From Octopus bimaculoides (taxonomy: Eukaryota), in the NCBI RefSeq assembly GCF_001194135.2, contig NC_068982.1:114524243-114575094 (forward strand): a stretch of DNA of 50,852 nt, written 5' to 3'. A program made the position numbers and the translations under genes. Positions within the stretch are counted from its first letter, which is position 1. Every line of letters begins with the position of its first letter. Below the pieces are notes generated by a model. That model was not told where the DNA came from, did not search any database, and saw nothing but the letters and a program-made list of their open reading frames with translations. Positions 37,719-49,274 of this stretch are shown in pieces.

Positions 37719-37860
37719 TGCTCCATCAATGTCAAAATGGTCAAATATTCTTCATTCAATCATTACATATTTCTTCCGACTCTCATCTCTGCTTTTACCT
37801 CTTTGTTTACTTATTCCTCTTCCACCTCCTCCTCCTCCTCCTTCTTCTTCTTCTTCCCCT
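37640..37860. repeat. Compound trinucleotide repeats (CAT)n, (CCT)n, (CTT)n
   Basis: Direct reading; explains the poly-S/M/I/P ORFs at 37525-37946. Confidence 0.93.
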
Positions 37861-38309
37861 CCTTCTACGCATTCCCTTCCTCTTTTTATCCATCTCCATC
37901 ATATTTCTGGTCTTTTATTATCATTAAGTCTTCTGTGAAGTTGTAGTTTTCGTTCCCTCCCAATTTGTTTCATGCCAAAACATTTAGTATCTCTCCCTCT
38001 CAGGTTCTTTTACTGTTGCTTCATTTTGTGTGTATGTGTATTTTCATTCAGTATTTTATTTTTGCTTTTAGCTCCTCTTGGATTTATTTCCACTCTAGTT
38101 CCTTGTGACGTTGGTTTCTTGCTCATTGTCCTTCATTTTCCATTTCCCATCTCTGCCAGTTTCAGAAACAGATGTTTTCCATATTTAAGTCGAAATGCAA
38201 ATCTAAAACCTATAATTTTTCTGATTCTCCTTCAGTGTATTAGTGTCGTTATCATATTTTAACAGCCTTAAGAATATATTTCATAGACAATCATATAACT
38301 AACTATATG

Positions 38310-38311
<2 letters not shown>

Positions 38312-38352
<41 letters not shown>

Positions 38353-38518
38353 GCACATACACACACACATACACACACACGTGTGTGTGTGTGTGTGTGT
38401 GTGTGTATCGAAATGTGTGTAAGGGAATATAGGTATACTTGTCAGAAGAACCTTGCAAGTTCTGTTGCAGTGTTTTGATTGTGTATAACACACACACACA
38501 CACACACGTATATATATA

Positions 38519-38606
<88 letters not shown>

Positions 38607-38765
38607 AAATAAATGCATATATACATATATCCGGTCATATGTATATGCATATATACATACATTTACAAATATATTTGTATGTATGTATATATTATGTATG
38701 TATGTATTATGTATGTATGTATGTATGTATGTATGTATGTATGTATGTATGTATGTATGTATGTG
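38312..38765. repeat. Compound (CA)/(TG)/(TA)n/(TATG)n microsatellite block
   Basis: Direct reading. Confidence 0.93.
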
Positions 38766-40035
38766 TAAATATCTCTGTTCTATACAAAATATATGTAAAT
38801 GCACACTTGACCAACTTTTCAGTAAATTTATGAAAGAACTCCAACTCATTCAGTGAGTGTTTCATTGATCTCTGTTAGATTGCTGTGATTAAGTAGGCGA
38901 CCTTGTAATTGGCACCTTCAATACGTGTTATTCCATTAGCTCCTACGACTGTAACTGTGGATCATTATCACTGCTATAATTGCTATCACTTTTTCGAGCA
39001 TAACATCGTAATCATCCTTGTCCCTGTCGATTCCATTATCAATAAAATACAAAGATTAAGAATATCAGATTAGGATTACGTTCATGTTTATCGTCAGACC
39101 ATATCTTTGTCAAAACTAAGCCTCAAGTTACTGAAACATAAAGATTCACATGGCAGACAACATAATCTTTAGAAACCTCGTAAGATGTTTACCAATAACG
39201 CAATTTCTTCACGTAAACAAAGTACACCTTTAATTGCATCCAAAATATTAATCCTTGTTAGAACTGATGTCTATTCAAAGCATGTAAGTTATCCAACGTG
39301 CACTGATCATACATGTATTTGCAATACATTCCATTATTCCCATTAGTTATCTAGAATTCCATTTCTTAAGTTATCCTTGCTTTTTTTTTTCTTACTTTTG
39401 TTACCATGCCACTTCTTTAAATTGCTACACCATATATGTTTCTAATAGTTTAATCAATAGGGGGAAGAGATTGTCCATGGCCCTTTATAGGGCTTCCGTG
39501 ATTGGAAGTTATCTTCCAACCAGAAATGTGGTTCAGTGCTTGTAAAAGAGTAGAGTCCGCTAAAGGCACCTAAGGTTCATATGGGAAAGAAATCAAGTAT
39601 AAAACAGGAATATTACCGCTTGCTGTACTATTTATTTGTGTTACTATATCATTGCCAAGATTATAATATTTATGTAAATTCTAAGGTGACCAGTTTTAAT
39701 TGTAGTAGAATAAAATAAGCACATTGATCTGCTATGTTATTGGCACTTATTTTATCGATCTCTGATGAACGGAACGAAACGCTAATCTCAACAGGATTTC
39801 ACCTCCCAATCTGTAGGGACAAAATTAAAAAGAAAACATTATTATTGCCACTGATAGCGCAATGCGTATTCGAAGAAACATTTTTTTGTATTTCCTGTTG
39901 TCCTACTCCTGGCAATATTTTCTGTTAATTTCACCACCCAGAAGAAACTTCATTCAACAGAATATAGGTTTTCTTGTAATGTTAAAAAGCAAAGATATTT
40001 TTTAATGGAAGTTAAAAACACGTAATAATTAAAAC

Positions 40036-40107
<72 letters not shown>
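40036..40107. repeat. (GATA)n microsatellite
   Basis: Direct reading. Confidence 0.97.
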
Positions 40108-40108
<1 letters not shown>

Positions 40109-41983
40109 AGTATACTCGCTACTTTCTGCTTGTTTTGTCCACAACTGGAGTTTCCAGAATCTTCTGTGAGGAGCTCTTAGGTAATAGTAGACAAGTGGAA
40201 GCCCACGATATGGTGATCGTTAACACATAACTCTGAATAATGGTTGTCGGAAGTCTATACTTTATATAAGGTTTGGATTGTAATCTCAATGCTCTCTATC
40301 CGATTTTTTGTCTGGAAACTGAAGATATGTTTTTAAAAAGTATCTTAGAGCTTTCTTCGTCTCGCAAAGGACTGTGAATGTCAAAACATCGAGGGAAAAC
40401 TTTGATTCCTCATCACAGACGATTGGTTCATAACAGATGAGTTCTTTGGTGGAATGGAGTGGCTCCTCTTCACAGGAAGAATACCGCTTCTCAAGCTTCA
40501 TATCAATTGTTTTCTTTCAGGCCGTTTAACGTTTTCTCGGAAACGTTCACTTACTTCTTTCGGCTTCAACTTGGTCCCCATCCTTAGGGGAGGGTTACTT
40601 TTGTGAAAGGTTGCTTTCTAGTTGTTTGATTCCCTAAGGTTATGACTGGGAGAATAGGTTCCTTTGGACTTTTGATTAATTCCTGGCAATACAGATATGT
40701 CGATTTTGTTGACGACTCAAAGGTTATGTCCAGTGTCACTTTAGGATAATTACAATCTCTATGATTTTTTCGTGTTATACTCGCTTTAGTTCTTTTATGG
40801 TTTATACGCAGAAAGCCCTAAAAAGGTTATTGTCCATATGTACATCAGCGAGCTTCTTCAATGTTGGGTTTATAGGCCTTCCTCTCAGCAGCTGTCACAA
40901 GGCACAGTTGTGACATTATTTTATGGTCTTGCGTGGTCATAAGGTGTTTATGTCCATGATAACCCTACTCGTTTCGTTTAATATTACCGAAAGTTATGCT
41001 GTCACTGACCATCTATTCATATTATGCCACGAAAGTAACTGAGAACCAGGGTTTGACGTCTTTTACCGATGCTTCTGACGATGACGCTTGTATCATATTT
41101 CTTTGTGTCAAATATTGTGGGAATAGTGTATGAACAGATGTATCTCGGACAAATTGGATTTGCACATTAGCTACTATTTTTAAAATGGACATATTGGTCT
41201 ATACAACCACCTCACTTAATGTGTCTGCCAGGATTGTCTCACACACTTCCTCGGATCGAACAAGGGACCTCTCTTACGTCGTGGCCATTGCAAAGCTCAG
41301 GTTACTCTCCTCACATGCGCCTCTCTGGTGGATGGTGGTAGACTGGAGCGTGTCTTGTGAACAAATGCTATCAATTTTTAGTTGTTTGTAGTAAACTGTT
41401 TCATATTCAGGCTTCTTTTCTCCGAGAGAACGCTTACAAATGATGGCGCTTTTTTTATCATTCGCTGCATTTTCGTTTGACGAAGTACGTGAATGTTCAC
41501 CGTTGTAGTTGTTGCCATTACTGTAGTTAAATGTGTAGGCTGACATTTTTTTTTTTTTTTTGAAATGTTAATATTTTTATCATTGTCTACCATTTATTTG
41601 TATATTCATTAATATTTTTATTTTTTTGCATATTTCAGTTGTTGTTTTACTTTGTTCTATATAATTTTGCCTGGGGGCAGATTCTGAAAAAGAGATCATT
41701 TTTTCTTTAGAGTTAGACAGTGAAATAGAATGGAAATACTTTTAAAAAAACCAATCTTGTTGTCTAACCCCAGTACAAGCTAGACATTCTAGAGTGTTCA
41801 ATAACTGTTCCTGATAGAAATAATAATCAAAATGAAAACGGAATTCCACGGTTAAAGTCAAAAAACAAAATTTTCTGACCAAATTTTTGAAGCGCCTGAA
41901 TGAGTCATCAATGAATAAAAATATCGATTCAAATTTAGGCACAAGGCCTGGAATTTGCATCGACCCCATTATTCAACTGGTAC

Positions 41984-42031
<48 letters not shown>

Positions 42032-42032
42032 T

Positions 42033-42086
<54 letters not shown>
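41984..42086. repeat. (AGT)n-(GCA)n-(AGT)n compound repeat; (TAC)n tail of the adjacent LINE on the minus strand
   Basis: Direct reading. Confidence 0.93.
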
Positions 42087-42514
42087 ATTTTTCTTTCAAT
42101 TTTGTTTCCACTTCCTGCCGAGTGCCTTCTCGACACCTGGGGCAAAGAAACTCACTCTATACATTGATAAGTCATTAAATTAAACATTCAATTTTGTTCA
42201 TTTACAAGATCAAATGAAATTATGTGAGAAAAAACTTCACATAGGTAGTAATCGTTCTCACAGCAGCAGTATTCTCCGTACGTGTGACGCACCACTTAAA
42301 ACAATCTTTTGCACTTTTTGCGAGTATGGTAAGCCAGGAGTCATTCTCATATAATTTTCATTTCCCTTTTTGATCATTCCAAGTGCTCCTACAACCACTG
42401 GTATTGTAATCGCCACGAGATGCCACATTTTTCCGATTTCAATAAGCAAATATATACTTTCTGAGTTTGTCAAATACTTTTGCCGAAATATTACAATCAC
42501 AAGGAATACTCATG
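42087..42514 (-). mobile_element. 3' end of R4/Dong-type RLE LINE, copy 3
   Basis: MSIPCDCNISAKVFDKLRKY (frameshift) LLIEIGKMWHLVAITIPVVVGALGMIKKG...VQKIVLSGASHVRRILLL*, then a 3' UTR and the (TAC)n tail. Confidence 0.8.
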
Positions 42515-42620
42515 TTAGGGCTAGGGTTATTAGTATTGGCAAAAATACTCATAACCCTAACCCTAACCCTAGACCTAACTCTAAAACCCGAACCCTATCC
42601 CTAAAACCCTAAAGCTAAAA
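42515..42620. repeat. Interstitial telomere-like (TTAGGG/CCCTAA) repeats with fold-back
   Basis: TTAGGGCTAGGGTTAT at 42515-42530, TAACCCTAACCCTAACCCTA from 42552, then degenerate hexamers. Confidence 0.8.
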
Positions 42621-42965
42621 CCAGTACAAACGCACGAATGATGTCATAAATAACAGTACCGCCGATAGTTGTTGTTGACAAACAACGGCACTAATTTTAT
42701 TCAAGGGAAAAGATCCCATTACACCGCACAACGTTTTGTTGACAATCCATAGCAGTAATTGTTTTCACCTCTACAGACGTCAGTGATTGGTTGAAATTAC
42801 CGAAATACGACAATTTTTTTACATGAAATAACTTCGAATACAAAAATTTTTATCTGTTCTATAACACAAAATATACAAGTATACGAAGTTTGAAAGTGTT
42901 TCGGTAGAAAACACACTAAATAAAACATAAATAAAAAGTGGCGCCCGCCAAATCAGAAAGATCCC
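42551..42965. mobile_element. Probable non-autonomous DNA-element remnant carrying the CCCTAA tract
   Basis: Two AAAGATCCC terminal-like motifs (about 42708 and 42957) and an AT-rich body; class not determined. Confidence 0.35.
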
Positions 42966-45900
42966 AGTAATGAACTCCCTTCTACATATTCATAGCGCGT
43001 GTGTACAGACATGATAATTCCAAAGTCTTGTAAAAAAAAAAACTATAAATTTTAGCAACTGAATATGAAGAAGAGTTGTGTTCCATATACTTGCTGCACA
43101 AAGAACTGCCATGGAAATTCCAAGACATATCATTAATAGGAGAAATTTCCGTTGTTGTGATGCATTCTTCCTATATCATTTACGTGAGAGAGAAAAAGGT
43201 TAAATGTGCTTCTTTCTTGGTGTTAATCATATTTTGAGGTTGAATGTGGAATGTTTCAACTTGATTCTTTTTTATATATAATGGGAGAACTATTTCCTTT
43301 AACCATTATGAAATTAATTCAATAACTTACTCTCGAAGAAATTAACTAGGCGATAGGGAAGATAATAGTTTCCAAAATCTCATAATCGTTATAAGATAAC
43401 GGTTTTTCTAAACCACATAATTATTTCAAGATTTTGAAGAAAAGCAAAAATGAAAGTAAATTTTGATAAAAAAAAATCTATTTATTTGCTCGATTCTCAA
43501 AGGTAAAGTAATATTTGATCTAATCTTCAGCGGTAAGATATAAAAAAAAATGATTGAATCAAATCTTTATTCGTTCTTTTAGAGAACTAAAAAAAAAATG
43601 TTCTCTTCTAAATATTTCAGTAATTTAATGTCACTTTCTCTTTTGTCACCGATTGATATTCTAACACGAAAAATATCCAGAAATGTTCTTCCTGCTTGCT
43701 TCAAATACGAAGTCTCCGATAACCAATTTCTAAGCCACATGACATAAGTAGTGTAATTTGTTATAAACTGATAACAGGGTGTGTTTGATTTTCTGTCACA
43801 GCAACTACTTTATGGTTTTATTCTCTCGTTTCTCCGTTTATTTTTATAGTTTCTCATTGAAGATCGCTCCTCACCTGCACTATTGATGAAAATAAAACTG
43901 ACATTTAGAGAACTTTACTTTTGAGAGATTCTGCTTAGGCCAACAAGTCGTAATACATAAAGAAAAGTATAAAATAAATCGACAATATCATGCATAGAAG
44001 AGAAAGATCGACACAAAAGTGTCGATCTTCCTATTTGAAATATTTTGCTGGACTTTCCAGTACCTAACAGATTCAATATCAACTCCAGAATCGATCAACA
44101 AATCAAATTACCTGAATTGATATGTATTTAGAAAAATAAAATGTTACTTGTATTTCTTACCGACTCACCAGTTGAGGTATGAGAAATCAATGCGTTTGTT
44201 GCAAAATATTGAGTTGAGATTCGCCAAATACTTGATTCGATTTCAATAACTGAACATGGATTCAAAGCTGTCTTCCTTCAACAAAACTTGTGAACTATAA
44301 TTCAGAGACACCATTACGTTGTCAGATTTAATGGTGATAACATTGTGACCGGAGTTATCACCCGAAGAAAAAAATGAAAACGATATAAATCAGTGAATAA
44401 TATCTTTTTACCACTATATAATTATTTCGAGCTAACTTTTTAATGTTCCCTGCCTTAAATATGTTACCACTAACTAATCACTACTTTTCATGCAGATGTC
44501 TTTGAATTATTTACTCTTTATTTTCCTACACCAACCAATGTACAATCTTGTACATTTATTTGATGCGTTTCTTTCGCCTCTACTTTGGTAAATACAATGA
44601 AGGTTATGCTTTGCTGATGAGGTCAAAAAGATATCGAAACACCTTCATAGTTGGGTCCTAAACTTGTCGGAAAAAAAGGAAAAGTAACATTATCAGTCAT
44701 TAAATCATATAGTATTTTTCCTTGCAACATCATAATTTTTAGATGCATCTTTCAGTAGATACATTAGCATAAACTGGACTGTTATAAAATTATATAAACT
44801 AATTCATTAATTCATACCCACAGTATTTAGTCATCTTCAGCTCCCAAATTGTAGAATTTCGGGAAATATATATGTGCATAAATTGATAATTAACTCATAC
44901 AATGAACACGTTTCATGAAAACTTAAACACAAATAATGTAGTTGAGTCACTATATAGACATCATGACATCAGTATCTGACAGGTACTTATTTGTCCATGA
45001 AAGACAAATAAAACCGGCTGCGGCATGTTTTGAACTCTGAACATAAACAAAGGAAAACTGCTCTACCAATTCTGCAAAAACAAACAAGCACCCTTACAGC
45101 AAGCTTGTATCTTATCAGTAATTCTACTGCTAGGGTATCTCTGGTAGTGAGACCCAGAGAAGTACTAATCTAAATCTGTCTACCTTGTACGATTTTTAAA
45201 ATGCCTAGCACCTAGTTGGCAGGTTTATATTGTGGTTTATAGGTTTATCTAGATATAAAGTACACTTTAGCGACGTCAACTTCAAGCTAGGCCACGCTAA
45301 CCTAATTCATTGCTCAATAGTATCATGCATAGAAGGATGACAACGAGGGAGTATCCAACGACGAATGATGCCAGAAAAACAATTAATAATGCGAGTGCTA
45401 TCATAATGTAATGAACCACGAAATTTTAATGAAAATTACACTCAAAGCGAGGTGGAACAATCATTATCGTAATGAACTTGATCAAACTCACTCCTCGCTA
45501 CATTTTAATTCATTAAAATTTCAGAATTGTATCGGATAAAATCTCATATTGTTCAACTGCCTTATTGAAAACTAGCTGTTTGTAATAGAGTGGACGCAGC
45601 TAAAGTTATCCCAGGGCCGTATGGGAGTGTTAAGCAAATATTGACAATTTTTTTTCAATATATTATTATCATCGCTATTATAAATGCTTTAATCTCTCAT
45701 TATATTTACAAAAACTGTAAGAGTTGCGTATAAGAGTTCCAGATCAGCTGCAATTGAAGATACAGATGGTAAAAGCTGTTCTAACCGTAAATATCTTTTT
45801 TCACATTCGTAACGCATTTGTAAAACGAGATCCATATTATTGCCACTACACTTCTATATCTGCGCACTCCCTGTCCGCACCCCCCCCCCCAAAAAAAACA

Positions 45901-46302
45901 GCCCCAAAAACATATACGCTCGTTTCAATACGCAAATATATTCGTAACGCACACACACACCATTTTTTCTTCGTCGTCCTACCCTTCAAAGAACCGCATT
46001 TCATCCTGGCCCCTAACCTCATCATTCGATTTTTCCTTCAACCGCTCTCCTCCTACTCGTCTCTTCTATAATTTTCTTCCCAGGGAATTGTTTTTGTTTC
46101 AGTACACGATCTAAGATCAAGTCACTTGCTATGCATGTACATCTCCGTAAATTAAATAATATATTCTAATGACTAATATTGTCCTTTCTATAATTCTTTC
46201 TAGTTAACATTCTTCATGATTCCTGCGCTAAAATATGTTAATATGTAATTGTTATTACTATTTGCTCATAGATGTCTACTCATTTCAGAATTTGTATGCA
46301 TG

Positions 46303-46745
46303 TCATTATTCAGTTTATTTCAGGATTTCTAACCTACATCCAAGGCTCCTTTATTGGAATTTCAACATCATCATCAACAGGGTATTTTTGTTTGTATGCA
46401 TGTATGTATGTATGTATGTATGTATGTATGTATGTATGCAAATATTCATGTTATTATGTATGTATTCTCATGCATATACTTGAATATCTAGACATACTCA
46501 TATATATTTAAATGATAAACTTCTGGAAAATTTTACAGATTTTTACAGTTCCAGTGATGGATTGGATCAGTAGTTTTCGAATTAGCTTTCTACTTTCTGG
46601 TTTTGAGAAGCCTAATTTCTCAAGATTGATATTTAGGCAGTGTGTTACATATCCCAGGGCCCTAATAATTACAGGTATAAACCTGAACTTGTATTCTGGA
46701 TAGAGAAACTGCAGATTTCTCAATTGTTCAGCATAGGTATTCTCT
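46303..46745 (-). mobile_element. 5'-truncated RLE-type LINE embedded in (CATA)n, copy 4 (different subfamily)
   Basis: YAEQLRNLQFLYPEYKFRFIPVIIRALGYVTHCL...KLIRKLLIQSITGTVKICKIFQKFII* (46508-46740) has the P.IIGALG...GT.K RLE C-terminal pattern. (TATG)n flanks it. Confidence 0.7.
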
Positions 46746-47559
46746 TTTGTGTGTGTGTGTATGTATGTATGTATGTATGTATGTATGTATGTATGTATGT
46801 ATGTATGTATGTATGTATGCACGCATGTTGTATTGATGCTTGAGATGGACTTCTTTTATTTTTCAACGTGGTTTTTCATGATTATTGTGTTTCGACTTTA
46901 TTAGCTGTATTATTTTGTCAATATTTTTACTTTCCAAAATGCTATTGTTATTGTAGTCTTTTGAAAAGCAGCTATATTTAGGGCAAGTGACTTCTTTAGC
47001 CAGTGGGGTTATTGATAAAGCAAAACAATTTCCAGAAAACAGCACATTATTATACGAGTGGCTATTGGCAATTGAAGATCGTTATGTTGTTTGTCACAAA
47101 AAAAATGATTTCATTAAGAGATAAAAATGAAACATATGTAGTAGAGTGAAATATAACATTGCTTATTAGCAGAGATAGCCTGACGTTAAATCTGTCAAGC
47201 TGTGTTCATTAGATCAGATCATGTAAAAACAGTGTGAGCGAGAAACCAAATATGTACGTAAATTATGTGCATTTATGCGTATGCGTGATATTTATTATGC
47301 ATATATTTATATAAGCATAATTGTATATGTGTGATATATATGCACATACATACATACATACGTACGTACGTACGTATACTTCCATACATTCACAAAGCAA
47401 TCTATGGTACATATTCTGTATTTTCTTTATATGTTATATTTGTGGTCAGTTCTTCCCGACGTGCTGAGTTGCTATACACTCTCAGCTTCTCAGTTATTAA
47501 AATATCTCGCTTAGATAAAGAATATACTGCTTAGGTTCGTGTCATCCTGCTATATATAT

Positions 47560-47604
<45 letters not shown>

Positions 47605-47776
47605 CATATATATACATACATATATATATGTAAATATACATATATATATAAACGCTATATATTATACTATATCATGTTGCATTTTATATTATATATATAT
47701 GTATATATATATATATATATGTATGTATATGTATGTATATATATATATATATATGTATATATAGATATGTATATAC

Positions 47777-47860
47777 NNNNNNNNNNNNNNNNNNNNNNNN
47801 NNNNNNNNNNNNNNNNNNNNNNNNNNNNNNNNNNNNNNNNNNNNNNNNNNNNNNNNNNNN
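47777..47860. other. Assembly gap within (TA)n
   Basis: N characters. Confidence 1.
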
Positions 47861-47983
47861 NATATATTTTTTATCATTTTATCTAGTTTCAGCTTATGAG
47901 CTGTGGCCATACTGGGGCACCGCCATTAATGTATATATATGTATATATATGTATGTATATATATATCATACTATATTTTATAG

Positions 47984-48042
<59 letters not shown>
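47984..48042. repeat. (GATA)n microsatellite
   Basis: Direct reading. Confidence 0.96.
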
Positions 48043-48043
<1 letters not shown>

Positions 48044-48146
48044 GTTGAAAATAAATTTTTCATATACATAAAGTTAATGTACATCAGTTGAATAAATGAC
48101 TTACTAAAGGTATAATAACAATAATAATAATTATTATTATTATTTA

Positions 48147-48838
48147 TTGTCTTGCAGAGCTTCTAATTCTGGAGAGGTACTACGGTGCCAGGTGTTCACT
48201 ACCAGTGAACTAAAGTAACCCCTTATTTTTCGAGCACCTTCCGGAGTGTTCGAGCGGTTCCAAGCAATGCTGTTTTCTGCAAGTGTTCCACCCTTATTGC
48301 AGTCCCTATTTGTTCCATGTACTTCTCAAGATTTTTACTTACTGTTCCCAGGGCTTCAACAGTTACTGGTACTACTACCACCTTTTTCATCGACCACAAC
48401 TGCTTTACCTCCCAAGCTAACCTGTGATATCTAACGACTTTTCTTTCTTCCTTTCCGCATACCTTGTTGTCAGCTGCGCATGCTATGTTTATGATCCAGC
48501 ATTGTTTGCCTTCTTTCGCAATTAACACTATGTCTGGTTTCCTCTTCTCTATCTCATGGTCGCACTGAATCATTAAATCCCAAACGATCTTTGCATTATC
48601 ATTTTTTGATGATGCCCTCGGGTTTATGTTCGTTCCATTTTTTTAGTCTGTCAAGTCCATACTTGTTGCAATGTGTGCACTGGACAATCCTTAGATTGTC
48701 ATGACGTCTTTTATATTCTTTCTGGGCTAGTGGCGTACATTAACTGGTAATATTCAATACGGTTTCACCATTTTGTCCACAAATTCTGCACTTATCACTT
48801 TCTGATGTGTTATTTATTCTGTATTTGATCGCAGTCGT
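48147..48838 (-). mobile_element. 5'-truncated R4/Dong-type LINE, copy 5
   Basis: DKCRICGQNGETV.NITS*CTPLAQKEYKRRHDN...IQCDHEIEKRKPDIVLI...INIACAADN..KEERKVVRY...VVVVPVTVEALGTV...LQKTALLGTARTLRKVLEK*, with a TAA tail at about 48111-48146. Confidence 0.9.
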
Positions 48839-48839
48839 G

Positions 48840-49015
48840 GCAGATACTGGTGTCACGCAAATGGCACCCGTACCGGTGGCACGTACAAGTGCCCATTACA
48901 CTCTCGGAGTGGTTAGCGTAGAATCTGAGTCTGGAGTCTGGTGCAGCCTTCCAGTTTGCCAGCCCTAGTCAAACCGGCCAACCCATGCCAGCATGAACGT
49001 TAAATGATTATGATG
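48840..49015 (+). mobile_element. 3' part of a SINE (family E, ...CCAACCCATGCCAGCATG...(GAT)n tail)
   Basis: GGTGGCACGTA..AGTGCCCA.TACACTCTCGGAGTGGTT...CCAACCCATGCCAGCATG...ATGATGATG; family recognition is from memory. Confidence 0.6.
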
Positions 49016-49209
49016 ATGGTGAGGATGATTATTATTAATGATGTCACATATCTAATATATGTTTGTTGTGAAACGCTTTTAGGCTGCTCTATTTCAATAT
49101 ACGAAGTGCGTAGCTCAAGGACACAAGACCCTACCCTTCACTGAAATAGAACCAATGACATTATGTCTGTGAGATCAACGCCCTAACCACTGTGACACTT
49201 GCCCTAATC

Positions 49210-49215
<6 letters not shown>

Positions 49216-49272
<57 letters not shown>
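49216..49272. repeat. (TA)n microsatellite
   Basis: Direct reading. Confidence 0.96.

Positions 49273-49274
<2 letters not shown>

Noticed and set aside
38830-39300. Possible sixth RLE-LINE relic (TVVGANGI..G on the minus strand)
   Set aside because: Too degenerate to support by eye; needs a profile search.
39740-39800. CTGATGA...GAAAC hammerhead-like string
   Set aside because: It is a decayed family B SINE segment (CACTTATTTTATCGA...), and no stem II forms.
42515-42620. Ancient chromosome end-to-end fusion site
   Set aside because: Only 2-3 repeat units per arm, embedded in TE sequence; local template switching is a simpler explanation.
44010-44100. Minus-strand LLIDSGVDIES resembling an ankyrin repeat
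   Set aside because: It is preceded by an in-frame stop with no usable acceptor, and the rest of the repeat consensus is absent.
44595-44650. CTGATGAG-GTC...GAT-ATC-GAAAC with ATGAAGGT/ACCTTCAT inverted repeat (type III hammerhead-like)
   Set aside because: No NUH triplet in register, no stable stem I, and a mismatched stem II.
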